The notes beneath the pieces are model-generated. The model ran no database searches and was not told where the DNA came from. It worked only from the letters and a program-made list of their open reading frames with translations. The translations under genes were made by a program, and so were the position numbers. DNA of 64,000 bases from Lingula anatina. Its lineage: Eukaryota; Animalia; Brachiopoda. Shown piece after piece: positions 54,760-64,000 of this stretch (positions within the stretch are counted from its first letter, which is position 1; each line of letters starts with the position of its first letter). The DNA lies in the NCBI GenBank assembly GCA_051362555.1, contig CM120646.1, positions 18,662,001 to 18,726,000 of the forward strand, in the 5' to 3' direction.

Positions 54760-55763
54760 GGACCCTGCGTCATGGATTAGCTGTAGGGCACTTCCTGCTA
54801 ATGACGCATGCATGTGAGGGCCCTTGCCCATTGGTGTGTTTATGGCTTAATAACACCAGACAAATTAATTTCACCTGCTCTTTAGTAAGTTAGTTAGTTA
54901 AGATGTATTATGCTGTTAAAAAGATAAAGACCCAATCAGGATGTGACCTAGACCTGATCCCAATTGGGAAGTGCTCTAGTCCAGTTAGCAACTGGACTAG
55001 TTAGTAACTGGACTAGTTTGGGATCTGACACATACATGTGACACATACATGGTTACTAAAAGATAATAGTGCATTTATTATGGTCTATTGTTTTAACGTG
55101 TTTTCATCCGCTTAATCCGGGAGGATAAATGTTTTTAACGAACAAAAGGGTGGCGAAACAGACATGTAATGTATTCAAGACTTGAAAGGTAGGTGTGTGT
55201 TACATCGTTTGTAAAGGGGGGTTATAAATGTTTTAGGAATTATTAATATCTTGACAGACTTTATGTTTGATTCAAACGAGGTTTTCATTTGGGTTGTAAT
55301 GGGAACATCTATTATTATGAACCAGTGTATTATTCACTTTATATTTTAAAATGGGTTTGCTTTTGCCAGATAATCTGTTTTAGCTGTTAGAGGAATTCGT
55401 TGTTGTTAGTTATGAAAAAAGTCACTGTGGTTTAAAAAGGGGCTTAAATAAAGGGAAGGTAAATAAACTAAATAACAAGCTTTTTTTTTATTGTTCAAAA
55501 TAAATCAAATATGCATTTGGCTTATAAACCAAATTGCTGTTCACGGCTTGGGTCCGTGGCTGAACCACGATATCAAGACCCAGATGTACATGCATAAATA
55601 CTGTCTGCGGGCGTCGCGTGATTTACTTCCAACCTCAAATCCCGTCACTCAACGGAGAGAATGTATCAAAATGACAAAATGTAAGTGGTCCTATTAATTA
55701 GATAAACAGGCATTTCAAAAGTCAAAGCATCCATCCCCACGGAAGTACAACCCATAAAATTCC

Positions 55764-58700
55764 TCAGAGTTTTGGTTTCATTTTCTCTAATCTCTCCTTT
55801 AATTCAGCTCGAAGAAAACGCCGCAGAATTTTCCCGCTCCCAGTTTTAGGGATCGACTTCACAAATACCACTCCACCCCGCAAACGCTTGTAAGGAGCCA
55901 ACTTTTCTGAAAATGTGGTAAAAGTTGAGAGCAGTGGGAACTTTTTTGAAGATGTTTAGATCGGTGCCTAAAGTCCATACATGAAGTTTTCAGAAATTAT
56001 AGGCTCTTCAAAATTTTTTATCTGATACTGAATGAGAAATCCAATTTGAAATTATCAAATATACATATATTATTTCATGTAACGTTTTCCCGTGTATTAA
56101 TAATATTTATAAAAAATCAAAGGATAAAATAAAAAAGAAAAGGAAAGGAAACACATTATTGAAACTTAAAAACAATTTAAGATTGGAAGGGGCTAATTAT
56201 AAGAGTGACCCACGTGTAGGAGGTCAGCGTAATTTTACCTGCCAAGAAGTCCATGATGTCCCTCTCAGTGGCCATTCTACCAGACTTAAGAACCACAAAC
56301 GCAGTGGGCAATTCTCCAGCCTCTTGGTCAGGTCGACCCACTACCGCCGCGTCTTCTACCGCTGGGTGGGTTACCAAGACGCCCTCTAGCTCTGCTGGCG
56401 CCACCTAGTCGGCAAAAATCCTAATGTATTAATTTTTACATTTAATTTCTTTTCATGTGTGTATTGGAAAGACACTAATTTCAGGTGGCATTTCAGTATT
56501 GTCCACAGTGATGTTGGCACTACTTGATAGAAGTTGATCAGTTATAAAAAAAAAAATTAATTGTCATCCAAAAGTCTTCGGTAAGTGTAACTACGGGGAC
56601 AAATATATTGTTATAAAGTATTTCAACTATAGACATATAACTCAACACACTTTGCAGAATACATATCATTACAACTCTAATTACTATTTATCTACAACAG
56701 ATCTTGAAGGAAAGATCTTCGTGACACTTGCACGAACTTTCCAGACCATATATGTCCGTGTAACTACTGCAGTTACATGTACTACAATGCAATTGTGACA
56801 AACTGTTCACCTTGGGCATATTTTCAATATATAGCGCAGATTTTTTCTATTCAGATGTATTCCCAATTGCATAAGCATCTGCATCCATTTACATCGCAGG
56901 GAAAGCTGTATCTATTGTTTACGTTATAACTGGCCACTGGTTAAAGTAGCTAAGCAGATTGTACACCTTACTTTGCACAAATATGTGTAGGTTCGAGTCG
57001 CAGACGCTATTTCCTTATGCTCCTTCTGAAATATTTTTCTTATATTTACCACCAGTAACAAGTACAGTAAGAAATTACGTAAAAATCTGTATCCCCTTGC
57101 CAAGTAGGTGGCAAGCCTCTTACCTGGAATCCTTTGAACTTGATCATTTCCTTAATGCGATCCTTTATGTATAGGTATTGGTCCTCGTCGTAGTACCCAA
57201 TGTCACCTAAATTTTACAGAATATAAAAAAGATGAAATGATGAAAATGAATAGATAATTATTAATGAATACCGGAACTGTCACAAATTAACGTGGTGCAG
57301 TTGCCCCAGATTACCAATACGGAGGATCAATAATATAAGATTAATAGATTTACCATTACATATTTTCCTTGTTTGCTCGGACAAAAAATTCGAATAACCG
57401 GCTGGATTTTTTTAATAAGTGATTACATTACACTATAGCCGCGCTAAAAATCCATATTGACCAATCAGACTGCACAAAATATCCAGACAGACCAATCAGA
57501 CTTCGCTGAATATCCGGAGTGACTAATCGAACTGACCAGTGTGTATCCAGCCTTCCTTGTCCAAGGTGGTCGCAGAGTCGGCAGGGTTATTCAAGTAGCC
57601 CATGGAAATTTGAGGGCCTCTGAACCATAGTTCGCCATCTTGGTTTGGACCGAGTTCCTTCCCCGTGCTTGGGTCCACCACCTATAGCAGATACAAGAGA
57701 AGTCTTGTACATGTGCAATATTAGGAGCCTAACATAGTTTGAAAATAGATCACGTCTCTAACATAGTAAAAATGACAATCCAAAAAAAGTCAACCAAATA
57801 ATCAGCATAAAATCATATTTGCATACCGTGTATACATCATAATCTTAACAGGCAGAAATTGATGTTGTTCTCATAAAAATATATCGCGGGCAGTTTACAT
57901 GCATTAAATTTTGTCAATGATACACTTTGAATGTAATTCTTTATTGTTTATAGTGTTATAAATTATATATGATTCAATGGGTTTTGTTATCTAGGACTGG
58001 GTTCCCATGCCTAGATCGATCCATCTGGATCGGTCTAACTCCCTAGGGAGTCTCACTAAATTGCTACATGAACGGTACTAGTAAGTTCTCATTTACCTTA
58101 CACTCTGTATTTGGAACTAAAACTCCAGACGCTCCTGGTCGCCTTAAGTGTCTTGACAGTGGGGGCAAAGAGCAGAAACCACCTGTCTCTGTTAACCCAT
58201 AAGCTAAATATACAATAAGTTATAATGGCACGTTTTAGGGAGTAAATGCATGCATCTGGTGAAATCCTACTCTTTTTTAACTCAGTTAATGTTGAAATAA
58301 TTTGAGACCTGTATGTTTGAGTGAATAATTCCATCGTCATGTAACAATTACATTCAATCAAAATGAACACCACAAATGTTGGGTCACTCATATTCATAAA
58401 TTAACACCACTAATATATCATTTAAAGGAACGAGATTAAAAAGGAAAGAAAAACGCATGTTTCAAATCAAGAAACGTTCGCATCTGATGCGTTCCTCCAA
58501 GACATGAAAGCCACAAAGTGTCGCCACCTTGTGTCACACTACACGTCCCAAGACGCGCCTCTAGTTCCTCTTCTGAATCCCTTCTCAGTGGGGCTGCTGC
58601 TGACATGATGGTTTCCACACAAGATAGGTCGTATTTTGCCACACTGGGGTGCTTGGCCATCCTAATGACAATAGGGGGCGCCGCAAACAAATACCGGATC

Positions 58701-60539
58701 TGGGAATGATTTTAAAGCAGGTGGTCAAGTCATGTTAGGGCGTATTCCCATAGATTTTAGATCGATCTATCCTCGTGGGGAGTCTCACTAGATTACTGTC
58801 AGATAATCCGACTTAAATGTCCGTCCCGCCTACTACATGTACAAGCTGTAAGGGGGTAATTACCTTTCGTGCCCGCTCGGCCGACAGCTATTTAGCGTGA
58901 AGCCCCAGGGAGTTAGGTCGATCTAGTTTGGATCGATCTAATCTCTGGGAATGGGGTCTTAGCCTACAGGTAAATACTGTATTTACCAGCTGTTAATGTT
59001 AGTTATTTGTGCGTCGTAATTTCCCAATGTGTGTGCGCTACTACTTTCATAACTTATATATATTTGAGAATTTTGCTATAATTTTTTTCACATCAGCATG
59101 TTATTATAAATGAACTTACTTTGTACTTTTCAATAGCGGCCAGGAAGTCTTCAAAGTCGAATTTTCTCATGCATACAATTGTCTGTTTGAATATGATCGA
59201 TCTGAGATTGATGGCAACTAAACCAAAGCCATGGAAGAAAGGAAGATACCCCAAGACAAAATCTACCCCAGGGCGTCCGGTGTATATAAAATCTCTGAAA
59301 TGATTGTTTTACATTTTTAATCTCTAAAATAAAATAACATAGGCTGAATTATTGTTCGAAAGTCTGTGGATGTGGCATAAAATATGATCACCAATAATAT
59401 GAATAATAAGTAATGCGTTGTATGCTGATGGGTGCAAACTGACGTACAGAATAATCAAAAACATTATGGAAAATACAAAAAATGGTATGAGGGTATATAC
59501 TATGTGTGGTCAATGAAAATGTCCACCAAGTAATAATAAACCGTTGCCTACTATACAAACTTTGTTGTTTAAAAGGTCTACCTCATCTGCAAGAGATTGG
59601 CAACAATATTGTAGTGCGTGATCATCACACACTTGGGAGGGCCTGTCGTGCCACTGGAAAATGGGAGGAATGCGACATCTTGCGGCGAGATGTTGACGTC
59701 ATCAGGGAAGGCAGAACCGTCGTCATTTAGAAGTTCGGTGAATGGGGTGCATCCCTGGGCGCTGCCTAATACGTACACAGCCTAATAAATAAGAAGTGGA
59801 TAAATGAACCGCGTAGACACATTGTGGGCTATGGGCTCATTAAGCCTCATTTCAGTAAGAGGTAACGAGGAGAGTTACCAACCTTTATTCCAGTTGCAGC
59901 TGCAACTCTGACAGTCTTCTCCGCACACTCTGGAACTGTGGCCATGTACTGCACCTGCGCAAGTTTTATCTGCTTTTCGATTTCCTCTTTTGTACGGAAA
60001 AAGGGAAATATTGTATTAGTATTCTCAGACTCTTATAACTGAATATAAACAAAATAAGAAACATTATGGTAACCTCTCTGTCTTTGCAGTGTTACTTAAA
60101 CCAAGGAGTTAACTCCTTGCTTAAACTATGTACAATTATCAATAAATGACATCCATTTTGTCACCAGATATAAAAGCCATGGTAACGGAACCTCTATAAC
60201 AAGTAAAAAGATCTCAGGCAAAGAAAACAATTAAGAAAGTATTAACCTGGCTCTTACCTGCTGTGAATTGCGGGTTAGCGGTTGTAATGATCCCTCCCAC
60301 AGCAAGGGTTCCCAGTAATACTAAGGGAAACTCGGGAACGTTCGGACAACATATACACAATACGTCTCCTTTTCGAAAGCCATTTCGGGTTAGCGCGCTG
60401 CCAATGGATCTCGTGTGGTTTCTGACGTCACCGTACGTATATTTAATGTCACTTTCGGAGTCGAGCTGTCAAAAGAAGAACTCGTTCAAGGAGATAAGGG
60501 GATAGTGGATATATAACCCGTAGGGAGGAAAAGATGTAA

Positions 60540-60574
<35 letters not shown>

Positions 60575-61050
60575 CGTGTGTGAATCGCTGAGCAGTAGAA
60601 AATTGAATTACACATGTAACACCATGTAGTGAAGCAATGTCAATGTAAATCTTAAAATATGCTGATCCTTAATTTTCATACGTAAAATATTACTGGGTAC
60701 AATACTAAGTAATACCGATAGGCCTCAACAGATTATTTTGCAAACCGCAACCCGTTTAACTACATTCCTTTTCCTTTAATGGAACTATGATTCTGAACTT
60801 CCTTTTTCAATCAGCAAAAACCTACAAGGAGCACAGACCAGTCGAAACACAAGAGAGATTCGTCACACCACACTGGGTCAATCATGAAAACCTGATTTAA
60901 AAACTGGCTTTCAAAATCTGCAACCCAGAGAGAAAGAGAGAGACTTACCACTGCTATAAATTCTTCGTACTTGTCAACATCAGCCAGCAGAAAGTCCGTT
61001 ATGGAGACCCACGGTATACGAACATCGGGAAGACGGCTCCGAATCCCCAT
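55764..61050 (-). CDS. Acyl-CoA synthetase of the firefly luciferase/4-coumarate-CoA ligase-like group, 534 aa, C-terminal PKL
   Basis: 11 phase-consistent exons: 60949-61050, 60258-60465, 59883-59986, 59582-59781, 59120-59294, 58528-58699, 58097-58203, 57537-57681, 57124-57206, 56239-56404, 55764-55906. Motifs: [68 protein letters not shown]. Confidence 0.93.
58738..58958. mobile_element. PIF/Harbinger-like MITE in an acyl-CoA synthetase intron
   Basis: TTA TSD and imperfect TIRs with TAGATCGATCTA. Inverted homolog of 43248-43474. Confidence 0.72.
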
Positions 61051-62030
61051 GTTAAGCCGAACTCACACTTACTACTACAACTTTGTGAATTACTGTATAT
61101 CTTCCCCTTACACAACGCTGGTTGTGCGTACTGTCCAAATACAAGTACGGAACAGTTGTCGAAGCTGTTGAACACGGATGGCCTTGAATAACTCCGCCTG
61201 TACAGTACAAGCCGCTAGAACAGATTGGTTGAAGATATTTTTTAAAAAGAACTTTACCTTTTCGACGCACTAGTAAAGCAGTCATGCATCGAATCGTTTC
61301 AAATGCATGGACAAAGAGCATCATTGTCTGATCATGACTGCTTAAAAAATTTACAACGCCGTTATTTATATATTATTATCTAAACACGTGCAGGTATTAA
61401 GTAATTTAGACTGCACAGTCCTTCACATGATCCCACAAGTTTCCACTGATTCGACTCTGGTCTGGGTTTACTGACTTTACTGCCGGCTGGAATGTACCTA
61501 TTGTCAAGCAATATCTGTTTAACCATATGTATGAGTGTGAGTGTGTGTGTGTGTGTGTGTGACTTGTCTTTCCTTTGGTATGAAAGATGTGCGTTCTGTT
61601 TCTCTAAGAACTAATAAGGTAGTATTTTATATCAACATTTATATGCTTTCTTCTTATATGCTTTATTTATATGTTATATAAACAAGAATTTACCCGTAAT
61701 TCTCCAAGCTCCCCGGTACCATTAAGCTATAATTAACCGCGAGATTATAATGTTTTTCATTAATGGTCTGATAACGCCATGTACTGCTGTGTTCGCTACT
61801 AGTTCTTTATATTTAGCAGGGCAATAATCACAACTCAAATGTGGGACTACCGGCAGTATCGTGTCCTCAACCTTAACAGCAAGGACATCAGAATAAAGGT
61901 AGTAGATATGTGCTAGGGCGTCTGCATATTTTATTTACTTTTTTTTTGGAGGGCGGGGGGTGCTATCAGGGTTATTAATCATCGCTAGGTGGCACCTGAC
62001 TACTACTACTACTACTACTACTACTACATA

Positions 62031-62064
<34 letters not shown>

Positions 62065-62417
62065 CGTGTCTCCTGTACCACGCACGGATGGTGTAACACA
62101 ATGATGCGATACTTTGATTAAATTGATCTGACAGATTTCTTTGCAGAAAGTTTGGGTATGTGTGTCATTATGTAGCCCGTAAGAGACAGTTTAGTTCGAG
62201 CAAGCAAATGACAAGTCAATAAACATATTCCCCAACCACAGGGCCATTACTGATTAACTTCAAATATTTAGGAAAATAATATCTCAGCAGATTATGTTTT
62301 CTATGATATGACTAATACACAATGATATTTGTCCTTGACATCAGTGGCTCTGTTAATTAGCTTAAATTATCTAAACGTCAGAGCATCCAACCTCTTGGAA
62401 GTGCAACGACGAATTCC

Positions 62418-63914
62418 TCACAGTTTCGCTTTCATTTTTTCAACTCTTTCCCTTAATCCGGCTCGAAGAAAACGCCGCAGAATTTTCCCGCTCTCAGTCT
62501 TAGGGATCGACTTCACAATTACCACTCCACCCCGCAAACGCTTGTAAGGAGCCAACTTTTCTGAAAATGTGGTAAAAGTTGAGTGCAGTGGGAATTTTTG
62601 TTTAATATTTTATATCGGTGCCCAATGCCCATGCATGCAATATACATGTACTCGTATATACTGCAAATTGCAAAAATATTGCACTATGACTTAACATCAA
62701 ATTTTATGTAGCTTTTGGTTATCTATTAAAAGTATTGACAAAAATGATAACAAAAAAAAAAAAAAACACTATATTGAAACTTTAACAATATAGTATTGAC
62801 CGAGTCGGCATGATTATAACCAGTCGAGGTCAGTGCTATTTTACCTGCCAAGAAGTCCATGATGTCCCTCCCAGTGGTCATTCTACCAGACTTAAGAACC
62901 ACAAACGCCATGGGCAATTCTCCAGCCTCTTGGTCAGGTCGACCCACTACCGCCGCGTCTTCCACCGCTGGGTGGGTTACCAAGACACTCTCTAGCTCTG
63001 CTGGCGCCACCTAGTCAGCAAAAAAATATATATATTCCGACGTTTTAAAATTTAAGAGAGTATGTGACACATATACAGAATGCCGGATAATGATTTACAC
63101 ATCACAGCACACAAATTGGTAGTTCGTTATGTACATGTAAATGTTGAGATTTAAAAACTACGTCCTTTTCGCTAGTTTTGGTCACGGCTCTAGTCTTTTA
63201 CCTGGAACCCTTTGAACTTGATCATCTCCTTAATACGGTCCTTGATATATAGGTACTGATCCTCGTCGTAGTGTCCAATGTCACCTAAATTTAACAGAAA
63301 AATGAATACTTGAAGTGACAAAATTAGATTAATATATAAAAAAATACAGTAGCCAGTTCACATTGGTCCCCTCTTGAAAAAAGAAGTCTGACTAACTGAA
63401 TCATAGTTCTAAAGCGTACCAAATGGCACAGTTCGCCCTCTATAAAATAGGCCTACGATTAAACGCCACGCATTGGGGGGAGGGGGGGAGTCGGCTTTGC
63501 ATCCGCGGACCACCCCTTAAAATAATCCTGGATCCACCCCTGGGCCAGAAATAGGTTTACTTAAGCGTAATTAGATTTTTTTATTATCCATAAATTAATA
63601 AGTGGTAAATTAAAAGTTAAATATTTGTCTTGGTGGGGGCTCATCATTACATCGGTAGCCAGACAGTAGCAAAGGCTATAGGCCTATCTTCATGTTTTTG
63701 TAATTAGGCCTACTGAGTGCAAAGGACCCATGCAAGACCAAATATTTCAAATTAGCAGGGAAGGCTGACCGGTGTGTATCCAGCCGTCCTTGTCCAATGT
63801 GGCCGCAGTGGCAACAGGATTATTCAAGTAGCCTATGAAAACTTGAGGGCCTCGGAACCATAGTTCGCCATCTTGGTTTGGACCAAGTTCCTTCTTCGTG
63901 ATGGGGTCCACCAC
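62418..63914 (-). CDS. Second luciferase/4CL-like acyl-CoA synthetase paralog (last four exons; gene starts beyond the right edge), C-terminal PTS1 AKL
   Basis: Exons 63770-63914, 63202-63284, 62845-63010, 62418-62560 have the same lengths as exons 8-11 of the neighbouring gene. The protein ends ...[11 protein letters not shown]. Confidence 0.9.
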
Positions 63915-64000
63915 CTGTGTAGAATATGATCATATGTCAAGGACGCGTGCAAAGAAAGAAACATGTTGTCATTATATAGCATTGTTTGAAGACAGAGCAC

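Larger units (their letters stand above)
43534..55673 (+). repeat. Segmental duplication unit 2 (contains LPMO copy 2), expanded by transposons and an internal tandem duplication
   Basis: Aligns to 35543-42162 once the inserts 44044-44191, 48034-49695, 49813-51428 and the duplicate block of about 44390-46643 are removed. Confidence 0.9.

Noticed and set aside
58097-58203. Apparent absence of the YGLTE exon from the ORF track, suggesting a pseudogene
   Set aside because: The exon is present in another frame with valid splice sites, so the gene is intact.
55764-64000. Calling these genes true luciferases, or a functional LPMO-luciferase cluster
   Set aside because: The family is mostly fatty acyl-CoA synthetases, key firefly luciferin-site residues differ, and adjacency in an animal genome is not evidence of a shared pathway.
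1-64000. CRISPR arrays, tRNA/rRNA genes, prokaryotic operons
   Set aside because: None were seen; the DNA is eukaryotic with spliceosomal introns.

Overview
AT-rich, intron-containing animal genomic DNA, probably a marine invertebrate such as a mollusc (inferred from gene content). From left to right: (i) the 5' part of an ABCG1/4-like half-transporter (minus strand), whose 10.5-kb intron holds a long-TIR Sola2-like element with an L1/Tx1 fragment inside; (ii) a complete 30-exon IgSF receptor of about 1726 aa (minus strand; 10 Ig, 3 FN3, TM, Tyr-motif-rich tail); (iii) a tandem segmental duplication with two secreted AA15-type lytic polysaccharide monooxygenase genes (LPMO, Thr-rich linker, CBM14; plus strand). 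The second copy has an intact ORF but has lost the second His of the copper brace, a conserved Trp and a Cys loop, and has Tc1 elements just upstream; (iv) two tandem firefly-luciferase/4CL-like acyl-CoA synthetase genes (minus strand) ending in PTS1-type tripeptides. Comparing paralogous segments shows empty transposon sites and repeated TA to TACATGTA/TAGGCCTA insertions that look like transposon excision footprints. Exon coordinates were derived by hand from GT-AG sites and phase continuity; no database searches were run.
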